A program made the translations under genes and the position numbers. The notes beneath the pieces were generated by a model. That model was not told where the DNA came from and made no database searches. It saw nothing but the letters and a program-made list of their open reading frames with translations. A stretch of DNA of 64,000 nt, from NCBI GenBank assembly GCA_030704615.1, contig CM060731.1, positions 90,954,001 through 91,018,000 on the forward strand, given 5' to 3'. Position 1 is the first letter of the stretch; each line of letters begins with the position of its first letter. The DNA comes from Takakia lepidozioides. Taxonomy: Eukaryota; Plantae; Bryophyta. Shown piece by piece: positions 51,801-64,000 of the stretch.

Positions 51801-54800
51801 TCAACGCTTCTTCCGCTTTTGAGGTCGCCCTTCGAAAGCTGCAACCGCCTCGGATGCGTTTCCCATTTCTGAGGCACGCACCCAAGATGCCTCCACATGA
51901 TGATAGCCCTTCCATTTCACGAGATCGACTTAAGCACTGCCTCCACCTCGTACTCAGGTTCATTTTCATGATCCAACAGCACAGGTGGCGGACGCAACAC
52001 TTGATGCCGATTCGGACGCGCTTCATCTTTGAAGTAACGCTTCATCTTTGAAGTAAGGCTTCAAAAGGGAGACGTAGAATACCGGATGCACCTTGCTCTT
52101 TGCCGACAGCTCCAATTCATACACATCCTCACTCATAACCTTCCGGATGCGAAAGGGTCCCGCATACGGAGGTACGAACTTTGGACTGACTTCCGGAGGT
52201 AGTCGAAAATTCTTGATGTTCAACCAGACCTCCGTGCCTGCCTCAAACTTGACTTCCCTCCGCTTCCGATTTGCCTGCCTTTCATACCGTTTCCTAGCTT
52301 TGGTGATGTTGTACTTTGCGAGCTTCAACAAGCGCTCCTCCAACACCGCTGCTGCTGTCGGTTCCTCAACGTCTTGGGCAGCCCAACTTGTCGGCACTAG
52401 AGGTGCTTTTCCATAGACCAATACGAAAGGGGAAACACCCGTTGCGGAGTGTTTTGTGTTATTATAACAGAACTCTGCCGCGTCCAAGTGCTCCACCCAG
52501 TCCGATTGGTCCGCCGACACGTAATTCAGCAAGATCTGCTTCAGCACGGAATTCACCCTTTCCGTTTGGCCGTCCGTCGTAGGTCGGAAGGCGGTGCTCA
52601 TCTTGAGCCTCGTCCCCATCTTCTTCCAAAGTGCCCTCCAAAATTTACTTGTAAACTTTGGATCGCGGTCCGAGACAATATCCTTCGGGAGTCCATGATG
52701 CTTGAAGACGTGGGCGAAGTAAAGTCGTCCCGTCTCTTGTGCCGTTGCTGTCTCCTTAGTGGGGATGAAATGGCCCATTTTATTGAACCTATCCACCACC
52801 ACCATGATTGCATCGAATCCTTTTGACAGCGGCATAGCAGTCATGAAATCCATCGAGACACTTCCCCAAGACCCCTCTGGAATCGGCAAGGGTTGTAACA
52901 GCCCCGCTTGCTTTTTGTACTCGCTCCGATTTTGTTGGCATGTGGTGCATGTCTTGACATACTCCGCGGCCTCATCTCTTGTTTTGGGCCAGAAATATTC
53001 TTTCTTCAAGAGTGCCGCGGTGCGCTTGGCTCTGCTATGGCCCGCAAGCGGGCCATCATGACATTCTCTCAAGAGACTATCTCTGATCCCTCCCTTCGGC
53101 ACGTAGAGACGTTTTTGCTTATACCGGAGCAGTCCATTTTGCAAGTGGAACTGCGATTTAACCCCCATCCTCAAGTCCCGCATCACGGACTTCGCCATCT
53201 CATCCTTCCGGTAAGCCTTCCGGATCTTCATTTGGAGCGCCGTCTCGCCCCTGTACACCAACATAAGCTGCTGCTTTCTACTTAAAGCATCGGCCACCAC
53301 ATTGTCTCGTCCCGGTTTGTACTGGATATCCATGTCAAAGACCGCCAAAGTATCTTGCCACCTAAGTTGTTTTGGGGACAACTTAGGCTGCGTGGCAAAA
53401 TACTTCACCGTGACATTGTCCGTGAACACCTTCATCGGGTTGGAACCAACATAGTGGCGCCAAAGCTCAAGGCAATGCACCACCGCCTTCATTTCCTTCT
53501 CATGTGTAGGCCACTGTCGCTCTACTTCATTCAGTTTCTTATTTTCGTAAGCCACTGGACGTCCATCCTGCATGAGTACACCCCCTATAGTGAAGTCCGA
53601 CACATCCGTATGAATCTCAAATGGACGGTCAAACTTCGGGATTTTGAGGACTGGAGCTTCTGCCATCCGCTGCTTCAACTCGGCAAAAGCTTGACCACAA
53701 AAGGTGTTCCATACCCAGACTTTTGATTTACACAGAAGGTCTGACAGCGGCCCCGCGATCTTGGCGAAATTTCTCACATACTTCCGGTAATAGGAGGCGA
53801 GTCCTAGGAATGATCGCACTCCCGGGACCAAAGTCGGAGGCTCCTAGTCCAAGATCGCCCTCACCTTTCTGTCATCCATTTTGATCCCATCCTATGTAAT
53901 CACATGCCCTAGGAACTCCACTTTTGTGACCCCGAATTTGCACTTTGAAGCTTTGGCATACAGCTTCCCTTCCCGCAATTTCTGGAACACCCTTTTGAGG
54001 TGCTCCAGGTGCTCCTCCTTTGTTTTCGAGTATACCAAGATGTCGTCGATGTACACGATCACAAAGTCATCTAGCCACTCTTGGAAAAGGTTGTTCATCA
54101 GCGTGCTAAAGGTCGCGAGTGCGTTGGTGAGTCCAAAAGGCATCACCAAGAACTCATACGAACCATATTTTGTTCTGCACGCGGTTTTCTCCTCATCTCC
54201 TTCCGCCACTCGGATTTGATGGTAGCCGGAGCGCAAATCGATCGGCTGAAATACTTTGCTCTTGCCAACCGATTGAAGAGGTCGTCGATTCTTGGCAAAG
54301 GGTACCGGTTCTTGATAGTCACCTTATTTAGAGCCTCGTAGTCGACACACATCCGCAACGTCCTATCCTTCTTGTCTGCGAATAGCACCGGGGCTCCGTA
54401 AGGTGACTTACTCGGCCGGATGTACCCATTTGACATTAAATCCTTGAGCTGAGTCTTTAGCTCGACCAACTCTCTGTGGCTCAACCGGTAGGGCGCCTTG
54501 GCAGGCGGCTCCGATCTCGGTATCACCTCAATCTTGTGGTCAACACCCCTTCGCGGTGGCAAGCCGCTTGGTAAATCCTCCGGCATCACATCCTGGTATT
54601 TCTCCAAAATCCCCTTGATCCAATCTGGGCTTGGCTCCCCATCGCCTTCTCCCTTCACTTGTCTTACATAAAGCAAAAATTGGGGCTCGTGTGACTCCTC
54701 CACGGCCCACTCCCTTGCTGACAGAAGGTTTATTCGCCCTCCCACGGGGTTGGGCGTTTCTGACATTCGTAAAACTTCGCCACCATTCCCACACGGTAGC

Positions 54801-56347
54801 GTGACTACTCTCTTGCGGCCATCTATGACCGCTCCGGATCTGCTCAAAAAGGTCATCCCCAAAATGAGATCCACTCCATCGATCTCGCAAATGGTGAAGT
54901 TCTCACGTCCCTCCCAACTCCTGAGCTGAAGAGGAACATCGAACGCCAACCTTGTCGCCAATTGTGGTTCTCTTTTAGCAGAACGCACCTCAATAGAGGC
55001 CCCCACATCACTTGTCAGGAGTCCCAGCTTCCGTGCCGTTGCCGGTGTCATGAAGGAGTGCGACGCTCCTGTGTCCACCAACAACGACACGTTAGTTCCG
55101 GAGATTATCCCACTCACAAACATTAACTGACTCCCTTTACGCAAGGCGCCAGTTTCCTGATACAACTCACAAGAGTAGTTGCCTACCTTGCAAGTCTTGG
55201 CGACCACTGCCTCCACCAAACGGCTGATGGAAGCTTCGGACAACTCCGTGGTTGCCCGAGTCATGTTCAATTGTTGGGGATTCGTACACTTCTTGACCAT
55301 GTGCCCGGGCTCCCCACAATTGAAGCACACTCCATCGAAGGTCGCCTTTTGTCCACCATAAGGCGTCGCACCTGATTTTCCTTTCGGAGCACCGGGTGTC
55401 GTCTTGGCGTGTGAAGGCCCTCCCTTCGATTTCCACGTGCCATTATCGCCGCGTGGCCTATCCCACTTCTTTTCCGGTCGAAAGGAGTCACCCTCCCGCC
55501 GGGTCTTCTTGTGGTTCAGTTCCGTACGGCCTTGTCTTTCGCCCCTAGGGACATCCGAGAAACATTCAGCCCTCTCAATTGTCTCGTTCAAAGTCTTAGG
55601 TGGTTTCTCTTCCAACTTCCGTCTGGCCCATGGGGCCAGTCCCGCCACAAAGTTGAAGACCATTTCTGGTTCTGCCATGTCTGCGACTTCGAGCAACAGC
55701 ACATTGAAAGCTTGAACATATCCCCGAATGTCATCCGTTTGCTTCAGATTCCTCATCTTGTCCCGGGCGAGCCAGGACGCGTTGAGGGGCACAAACTGTC
55801 TCTTCATCAGTTCCTTGAACCCACTCTAATTCAAGGTTTCCGGGTTTGGACCTCGGTCATGAAGGCGTTTATGCCACCATTGTTGAGCATAGCCCCTCAA
55901 ATAGGTGGGTGCCACTTCCACCCGATCCTCGTCACTCAACTTGGCCGCCCGGAAGTACTGCTCTAGCTCCAAGAGTCAGGTGTTGAGTGCCTTCCAATTT
56001 CGGACGCCCTCGAAGGTGTCGGGTTCTTTAGGCTTCACCTTAAACTTTGCCTTAGTGGAAGTGGCATTAGCCGCCTTCAACACGTCTTTCAACGTCCCGC
56101 CAAACTGCGCCAACAACCCTTCCCAGAAGGCTGCTGGCATAGGAGACATCTGTTGGTCTGGCGGAGCCTCCAGGAAGTCCTCGGGCTCTGACTCCCCAGA
56201 TTCCTCCCGTTCTTGAGCGGCCTCGTTTTCAAAAGCATGAATCGCCTCCTCAAATTGCCGCTTCGGTGACACGTTGCCTCCATCGGGCTCACCAGGATCA
56301 TCATCTTTCGGGCCGTTCCGCTTTCGCTTTGGCTTGCCCGACCCCAT
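51801..56347 (-). pseudogene. gag-pol polyprotein with stops and frameshifts; C-terminal chromodomain
   Basis: KPKEPDTFEG gag; [14 protein letters not shown]; [10 protein letters not shown] protease; YIDDILVY RT; RNase H IHTDVSDF; integrase HDGPLAGH..CTTC, SMDF, SDRD, ERVN; GPF; chromo EYEVEAVLKS..LVKWKGY..EASW. Confidence 0.95.
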
Positions 56348-56388
56348 GATGAGGCCAATCTCAAGGACGATTGCGTACTAAACTCTAA

Positions 56389-56400
56389 GCTCTGATACCA
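56389..56400 (-). promoter_or_regulatory. Primer-binding site complementary to initiator tRNA-Met
   Basis: TGGTATCAGAGC on minus, 2 nt inside the 5' LTR. Confidence 0.9.
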
Positions 56401-56402
56401 AG

Positions 56403-57123
56403 TGTCGCGCACCTCACTTCGGTAAGCTCCCCTTCAAGTCATAGTTACTCGCTTTGATGCGCCCGCCTAACTCCCAACCTGGCCGCCTGGCCAACTCGGA
56501 GCTTCGGCTGCTCACCGGGACATAACGGTCCCCCTTTTTCCCCTAACAGACCCTCCACCAATTTGGGCCTAGTGGAAATTCCATTTGGTAAATGGCAGTC
56601 CGGAATAGCTCCCCACTCCTTGGTCACTTTCCGGCTCGCTCGCTTACTCACTAGTTTTTAGTCACCAACGGGCTTGCACCGTTCTCGGGGTTACTACTCC
56701 CTATATATACTTTTGTGACTGTCCGTGGGGGTTCCACAAAGAACCATGCCATTTTATGGCGAACCACCACGAAGACCCTCGATTCCCGGTGATGAGTCGC
56801 GGTGAGTCTTGGCCCACCCACCACGGCCCCATTGGACCGTGGTGAGTCCCAAGACTCCCCACGACTCCCACCACAAGGTCTCCGCCCCATGGTGAGTCCT
56901 ATGCCACCCCCACCAAGTCCCACTAAGCTACCACCACCCCTTGTGGAGCCACCCTCACTGCAATCCGGTGTGCGGGGCTCCACCTAGAGTGCCTCCGCCT
57001 CCTTGAGTGCCTTGGGCACTCAAGGGTGCTTCAGCCCCCCGTACCTATTGCTCCACCGCCCCCACCACAGGGGCAGCCCTTCTGCATCCCGACCCCCTGC
57101 CCTCAAGGCAAAGGGCCGCGACA
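56403..57123 (-). repeat. 5' LTR
   Basis: TG...CA ends, adjacent to PBS. Confidence 0.95.
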
Positions 57124-57242
57124 CGACGCCTCTGCGACGCCCGGGCGTCGCAATTTGGGGCTTGTACCCCGCCCCAAAAGGGGGCTTTAGCGACGCCGCG
57201 GCGTCGTAGAGGCGTCACTAACCCCCCCTTTTTCCTGTAGTG
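57124..57242. mobile_element. CACTA-type terminus and subterminal repeats, interrupted by the LTR element (continues at about 50090-50171)
   Basis: Ends cccccctttttcctgTAGTG (reverse CACTACAGGAAAAA); gcgacg/cgtcgc motifs on both sides of the LTR insertion. Confidence 0.7.
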
Positions 57243-57815
57243 CTACCTAGCATTGGATCAGTTATGCTTAATATCTATTTTGATCTAATGAGTGAGGGGT
57301 GGAAAGCTTGGGTGCTTTTGGGTGCAGCTCTTTCCAGAGCTTCTAATCGCAGGAGGTTGCAGCTTCTCCAAACATTTGATCTCACCTGGGCCAAGGGCGG
57401 TGTCCTCTGCTCCCATTTATCCATCTCGTCAATACAGTGGAATGACTCGCTCCCTGCCTATTGGAGGCTCTCTGTGGAGCGTGAAGATGGGGACGTCAAC
57501 TGGCGGCACCGACGTGCTCTTCACTCCAAGCTCAAAACTAAGCTCAATTTCTAATAGCTCATGTTCACTCTCAGTTCAGTCACTTCTTGGCTCTTATTCG
57601 AGACTCAGTTCCTCGTTTCGGCTTGCTCATCTACTGGCTAGCTTCGCTTGAACACTATCTTCTCTTTTATCTTACCCCCATCCGACACCTTCTATCTAGG
57701 TGGTATCCCCACTGTAAGCCCTCACGGCCTAGCATGGTTATTTTTTCCATGCCTCTTAGTATATTCTCAGGGCTTCCTCCCTTGTTAAAAAAGAAAAAGA
57801 AAAAAAGAAAAAAAG
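57243..57815 (+). mobile_element. Possible L1-type LINE 3' end with A-rich tail
   Basis: Short W-rich ORF (WKAW..FDLTW..LC..IQW) followed by a pyrimidine-rich UTR and aaaaagaaaaagaaaaaaagaaaaaa at 57786-57814. Confidence 0.35.
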
Positions 57816-58110
57816 AGTATTGCTATTCCATAAGAAAAAGGTGATTAACTAGTAGCACTCATAGAGTGAGGATGACGACGAAGATGGTTGCTGCTGTCGA
57901 GAGGAGTATGTAGCCGCTATCGAGGGGCTGAATATCCGACACACGCCCTATGTACCCCAATTCATTTGGCCGGTTTGGGAAGGTCAGGCAACCCATGTGG
58001 GAAGAGCCAATCTGTGGGACAGCGGGAGGCTTGGAGAGGAGGGAAGTGGGTCGAATGGATGTAGACACTTGTACGCCTAGGCTAGTGTAGAAGTAGGAGG
58101 TGGGCCCTCC

Positions 58111-58204
58111 TTCTAGTTCTAGAGAATTCCAGAAGCGGGAGGAGTCGGTTGGGGCAAGGCGGTGGGCCTCTTCTAGAAGGCTCCACCACCGCCTGTATAT
58201 ATAG
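58111..58204 (+). promoter_or_regulatory. Heat-shock-element cluster plus TATA box in an unclassified repeat fragment
   Basis: gTTCt aGAGa aTTCc aGAAg (58116-58135), cTTCt aGAAg gCTCc (58170-58184), TATATATAG (58196-58204). Confidence 0.55.
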
Positions 58205-59949
58205 AGGGTAAGGGGTGTAAATTTTACAATTCTGCCCCCCTGTGGTGGGATCTGTAAGCAGGGCCCCCTTAGAAAATAAAAATTTGGAACCTAAACCTCT
58301 ACTGTAGCACCCAACTTCCCCGCTTGTCAGGAGGTGGGCCACAATGTGGGGGAATATGGAGAGAGTAGCACCCGCCATGCGGCTGTCTCGAGCAGCGCAC
58401 CGGCCAGCTCAGATCCAGTCCGATAATTTACATGGAAGTATCTTCTACTGATGAGATTCATCTGATGGGTTAGCTCAACAGTGTCAGAGTTCGAGGTGAT
58501 GAGCAATGAGCACTCTTGTGAGTGGATCCGTTGGTTAGGGTTGTGACAGCATCATGTCTGGAGGGTAGCGGCCCCCAAGAGAAGGGTTAAGCAGAAAGCA
58601 CCCAGAATACCCAAATCAAAAACTGCATCGATGGACGCCCGCGGTGCCAGATTGCATCTACTTTCTGACAGTCACCGTAATGCCAGACAAGAGCCGTAAT
58701 GAAAAGTGAGAGATTCAGTGCCTATCTGCAGCTTTCGGATCGCAACACCTCAGGGCAAGTGCTTTCTCTTCATTTTCTCTCTCTCCAACTAAACCACATA
58801 TGGAAAGGACAGGCTGCACAGAAAAATAGGTTCAAGTGAGGTTTCTCAATGAGCATAATTGGGCACAAGATGACCAAATCGCCTGAAGACTCCAATCCCT
58901 CTGCACTTGGGGCAGGTACTATGCCAGTACTACATTCCAACTTCAATGTACAACAGGGCGGCACTCTTGTAATGGACAAATGGTGTCGGAATCCAAGTGA
59001 GATCAATTATTTTAATGTCCCCTTGGCTGGCAGTGAGTGAAGACCTGGCTTCAAGTATAACCACAGCAATATAGTGACTGCCAACAAATCACATATTCAA
59101 TACAGAGGGAGAACCCTCCATGCATCACTTGCTTGGAACACACCACCAGTATGCTGCAAACAATCAAACATTCAAACATTAGTGACCACAAGCTAGAGTC
59201 TTGGCCTGTACAGAACACTTGCTTGAAGGGCTTGATAAAACTACTTATCCTCCTTGCCCCTCATCCCTTTCTTAGCAGCATATCTGCACGAGGCTTTGTT
59301 GCCCCTTATACAATCCCTTGACCAACAGTAATTTTGGGCAGCTCATGCAGGTCCCCTCTCTTTGTTTCATGCTTTCTCTCGTTTGAGCTTCCTCTGGACT
59401 TTATTAAGTATCATATCATTTCTCTATCCCAACCATGAACCCATGGGCCCAGAACTCCGACAATTTGCTAACACAACCATAAGAAGCTAATTTGTGGAAT
59501 AGAGATGGTCATCTAAGTTAGGAATCATCCATGCAATCCATATGAAAGTTTTCAGACAGGAAAACAATTCCATCAGTGCAGGTATGAGTTGCAACTAACC
59601 AGCATCAGTTGCAAGGGTTTGAGACTGTGACAGAAATTGCAGTCTTTTGGAAGAAAAAACCTCCTGTCTCCTCCTCAACCTCTGTGGCTCTTGATTTTGT
59701 AGCTCCATCCTTGTACTCGAAGCTACTAAGTCTACCTACGTACACAAGAACCTGGAGGGTTTTGAGAAGATGTATTTTTTGCTGCTGTTTAATTGTGTTA
59801 ACTGCCTATCAAGATGAAAATTTCTAAACAAATGAAGGGGCTCATCACAGCCAGGCTCATGTACAATTAGGAACTCAAAAAATGGCAAGTACCATAGGGG
59901 TGGTGTGGGAACCCAAACATCTCTAAGCAAAATTGGGTTGGCGAATCAA

Positions 59950-62900
59950 TCATAGGCCCAGTAATATGTAGTAAAGGAGTGAAATTGGTAGCGAAACCAG
60001 CATCCCAAATATGACCCTGTCAATCAACCATGACAGCACAGTCAGTGTCCAATCTCATTAGGGGTTTCTGCCTAGTTTTTCCGTTAACGACCTGCCGCCA
60101 CTCTCCCTCCCTGTTTCACTGTGCATCTTATGTTAGCTCTCCATTCGTCATTTCACCAGTCCTTCCACCTTTGGAGTAAGAAAGCAAACATCCTCTCTTT
60201 CATCTCGCACCCCCTCGCTGTCCATCCCCACCTGCCCTTGTCGTCCCAACTCCTACCCATTACCAAAGCAGAGACAAGGTACATACGCTGTGCTGAGGAC
60301 GTCAGGGTGCACATTATACTCCTTTGCAAACACGAAGGGGACAATGCCTTGAGGTAATGCAGCCTGTTCCAAAAACACGGAGTCAGCTTCTGAAACAGAG
60401 TTTTAGCCAGCATATTCACCCTGATGACTACCCCTGCATTTTTATGGTGATGAAATCAGATGCCTTGGAGGCGGACAGACAAAATATGAGAGGAGCTGGA
60501 AAATAAGAGACAGTCAATTGATGGGGCGGGGCGATGGAGTTTTAAAGTACTCTACCTGCACGATGGACACATGTAGATAGATACCACGAAGGCCCACTAA
60601 ATATGAAGCTGCCGCAAATACAGCTGGGCCGGTAAGGAAGCGCAGCACCATGCCAAATATGGCTAGGGACGTCCCACACACAATAATTCGTTCTTGTAAT
60701 CCCATAAAGAGGCCTGTCATTCAGTACAGCAAGAGATGATCATCAAAAATTCCGGAAGCTCCCAATTGAGGACTGTATGCAACTAGCTGAGATTCCTGAT
60801 ACAACAAGTAGCAACATAACCCACGGAACTCAACCGACTCTCTGCACTCAAAAGTGCCCTCTCAAAGTACACCCCATTTTTTCTTCACATTACAGCAAGT
60901 GAGGACCCCTTCAAATTTGGAAGGGAGAGACTTGTATTCTTCAACCTGAGTGGACTGGTAAATCGAGGAGGAAGGTACAGAAGCATACCAAGACTAAACA
61001 TGGCCATCCCAAGACCAGCATCTGATAGGATGTGCACTGAGTTATGTAGTATCAGCGGCATTCCAAAATGCCATCTGCATATCAATCAAGTGAGCTATGC
61101 ATCAGAAAAGGGAAGATTGTCATGTACTCAAAAGCTCAAGTTGTCATGGTGACGCGAGGGAAAGACAAGAAGCAAATCAATTTCGTCTGCCAAGACTAGA
61201 ATCACAGCAGGATGTCATCCTCCTCCTTTGGTATCCAACGCTTGAGTTGGCTTTCCATTCAAGAACCATTGATCATCCCCCCATCTTCAAATCACTTTTG
61301 CTCTGAATGACTGCAGAAGAACAACACTTCAAACAGATGACAGGAGCTAGATTTTTGGAATGCACACCACAAAGGATTGGACATGAATATGTACCGGTAA
61401 GAAATGAGAGACCAGACTAGCCCAATCAGGCTGGAATATGTATTGGGATTGCGGAGGAGCTTCCTAAATGTCATGACACAAATGAGCTTGACCATCACAC
61501 TGGAAGGGGGCATGCTTCTCTTGGTTCCATCTTCTGCTAATTTGGGTGTCAATTCAGCTGTTGATGTTGAACCAAACTTGGAATTTAGACTTGGACCATC
61601 TTTGTCTCCTGTATCATCCCCTTTGAAATTTCCTCTATTTCCAAAACTGAAGTCTTCCCGGACATACTCCTCAAATGTCTGTTGCCTTGGGTCAGGTGGA
61701 ACTGTCACAACTTACATCCAGTCAGCTCCAGCTGGGAAAAGCAATAAGTCATCAGCATGTACGTGCTCTGAGCTTCCAAGGTGAGGAGAATAACATGTAA
61801 ACATGAGGAGATGGAGGAAAAGCTTAAAGGTTAGGAAGAGGACCCACAAAATTTGATCGAACAGAAGACACACACATGGAAGGTGCTGTGAAGAACATAT
61901 ATGCATCAATACATGATAATGAGTGGAGGTAATTCACCTATTTAAAACTCACATACACAGACTGGTCAATCATACTCGGATGGAATATGGCCAAGAGCCC
62001 TGTGGCATCTAGAGTATACCTTCAGCCCCAAAGCAGGACAAAGAAGGAAGAAGAGTGAAGTACCTCCATTGGGAGGTGGTTCAGATAGAGGATTATCAAG
62101 CATCCGAACTTCTTTTGGGTCGTAGTCGCGCCGCAAGCTATCACCCCCAAATTCATGTCCACCAAATACATGCAGCCCTCCATCAGAAACTGGAGAGGTG
62201 TTTGCACTCCAGACAAACATGTGAAGCTCCTTAGCATCATCCTCCGTTTTGGGGGATGCCCTTGGGTCCATAATCTTCTTTGTAATTTGAGATGCCTTAG
62301 GGGAATAGACTGGAGGTCCATTATTACCGTTGTTACCTGGATACAGAGTCCGGCCACTCACACTCATACCAGGAACCCCATGCGATCCTGGTCTGTGCCC
62401 CACATCAAAGCCACCTCCCGAACCACCATGGTTACCTCTAGGCCCAAACATGTGCGCTCCAGTTCCTGCGTGATACATGGGTAGTGCATAGCGAGGAGAG
62501 TTCATGTTCACACCTTTAGGATAAGCGTGAAGATCTTTTGAGTTCTCCTCGGTGAAATTGGAGGTTCGAGGAGTTGGACCTCTGGAGGAATGGAGAGAGT
62601 AGACATCTGAAGAAGTGAAGTTCGACTGCCGAGGGCTTCTAGCACCCGACATCATGGAGTAGAATTCGTTGTGATTGAAGCTGGAATCCCGCGGAGTCAG
62701 ATTTACTGAGGAATGGAGGGAGTAAATCTCAGCACCTGTCAAATTCGAAGGGCGCGGTGTCAGAGCTTTCGAGGAGGGCATGGACGTCAATCCCAGTGAC
62801 CGTCCAGAACCAATGGTAGAGTTCATTCCCTGGGAATGAGTAGACACCGATCTTCGCACTTTCACATGAAGTTTGCCATCGTCTCCAATCTCAGCTTCTG

Positions 62901-63474
62901 TTTGCACCGGTTCCCGACCATCAAGGGACATGACGTCTGAGTCCACCTTGAACGAAACAATGGAAGCTGCGGTCTCTGGAAACTGTTCCATGATTAGAAT
63001 CCGCGCAGCACGATATTCGTACATGACCAGCAAAAGCGTGTACCATATGATGCATTGCAGAACTACGGCTTGGACTGTGAGATCCCCAGGACCTGCTCCA
63101 TACATAGCAGCAAGAAGCGGAGTCCCCATGACCAAAGTATTGGGAAGAGTGGTCAGCATGAAGATAGTGATCATCCACTCCAAACTGCCCCTACGCGAGT
63201 ATCTCGCCCACAGACCTAGCACAATCAGTATTGCGACTTTGGATACAGCATCCGCAGCAATGAATCTGAAGTTCATGGCGTAGGGATTATTGCCCGAAAT
63301 GAACTGAAAGGACAGTAAAGGGACAGCAAAGATAGAGACAAATCTGTTGATACCCCCACACTGTTGAGGTGTTAAGATGTTCCACCATTTCACAGACCCG
63401 TAGGCCAAGATCATCGCCACATAAAGAGGCACCACGGCACTCAGGACATTATACAGGTCCTTTCCAGAAATCAT
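59950..63474 (-). CDS. PIN: Canonical (long) PIN-FORMED auxin efflux carrier, 6 exons, 701 aa
   Basis: Exons 63474-62064, 61701-61395, 61074-60989 (86 bp), 60713-60556 (158 bp), 60363-60287 (77 bp), 60016-59950; total 2106 nt in frame, all [35 protein letters not shown]; three TPRxS motifs; KELHMFVWS; RNPNTYSS; [16 protein letters not shown]; YYILLGL*. Moss-like residues ([34 protein letters not shown]). Confidence 0.97.
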
Positions 63475-63978
63475 GTTGTAGCTCTTGTCGCCAGAGCATT
63501 CAAGTCGTTCCGCTCAGGCTTGTGCTCTCCAAATTGGTACAACGTCAAACCATAAACTTTGGGGAAGAGGCTTATAGTTTCCTACTGGAATGGCTCTGCA
63601 GCTACAAAAATGACACTGTTTCCTCCAGATCAGAACCGCAAGTGCACAACAAAATTAAAAAAATTCAAGTCGATTGTGCCACCCACTCGTCCTGAAGAAG
63701 CTTGGTCATGTTCTTGAGATAATCTTTATCGTCAAATGCTCACCTTGGCTTCCCATACCGCAGCTCCACCATCGCCATCCTGCTCACCAGAATTCATCTC
63801 CTTCTCTGACCGAGGGCCAGCGTCGTCACATCTAGGTCCAAGGTAGTTCGAGCCTATTTATTTCACTTGGAGGCGTGGCAGCGGCAATCGGACCTCGTGG
63901 TTTCCCTCAAGACCACCTATCTACTCTATCCTCGTTTGAAACATCACCATTGTCACTACGTCTTATTCTTCAATAATG

Positions 63979-63999
63979 CTCTCTCTCTCTCTCTCTCTC
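63979..63999. repeat. (CT)n/(GA)n microsatellite upstream of PIN
   Basis: ctctctctctctctctctctc at window end. Confidence 0.8.
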
Positions 64000-64000
64000 A

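Larger units (their letters stand above)
50172..57123 (-). mobile_element. Full-length Ty3/gypsy chromovirus LTR retrotransposon, decayed
   Basis: Two approx. 720-bp LTRs with TGTCGCG...CGCGACA ends; 5-bp TSD CGACG (50167-50171; 57124-57128); PBS and PPT present; gag-PR-RT-RH-IN-chromo order. Confidence 0.97.

Noticed and set aside
57842-58432. Solo LTR (TG...CA, with TATA)
   Set aside because: No matching target-site duplication found; only the promoter motifs are reported.
61966-62063. C-terminal extension of the 502-aa PIN ORF
   Set aside because: Read-through into intron 1; the donor at 62064 restores the conserved downstream PIN exons.

Overview
Eukaryotic, repeat-rich window, almost certainly from a moss (bryophyte): the one intact host gene is a canonical 6-exon PIN auxin efflux carrier (59950-63474, minus) that closely resembles moss long PINs. 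Almost everything else is mobile DNA. The most striking part (about 1951-28111) is a spliced, recently pseudogenised gene for an approx. 1300-aa protein joining a ParB/Srx-like domain (DGNHR) to a beta-class N6A/N4C DNA methyltransferase. It sits directly beside a 19.6 kb array of about 169 copies of a 116-bp unit, each carrying a perfect 18-bp inverted repeat, and stray copies of that palindrome occur in or next to the gene. Short GGGGTGC/GCACCCC termini and an AAGG duplication may bound the whole block as one giant element. A second unusual cassette (about 41180-49022) holds intronless, TATA-driven, convergent RING-finger and kinase pseudogenes, flanked by arrays of approx. 51-bp hairpin repeats, with a tRNA-like sequence and a Helitron-like 3' end. 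Also present: the 3' end of an RLE-type LINE with a (CT)n tail, an RRM/coiled-coil LINE-like ORF1, an L1 ORF1, a hAT transposase fragment, CACTA-type termini, a full-length decayed chromovirus (Ty3/gypsy) with 5-bp TSD, an orphan two-exon exportin-1 fragment and HSE+TATA promoters. All calls were made by eye with no database searches.
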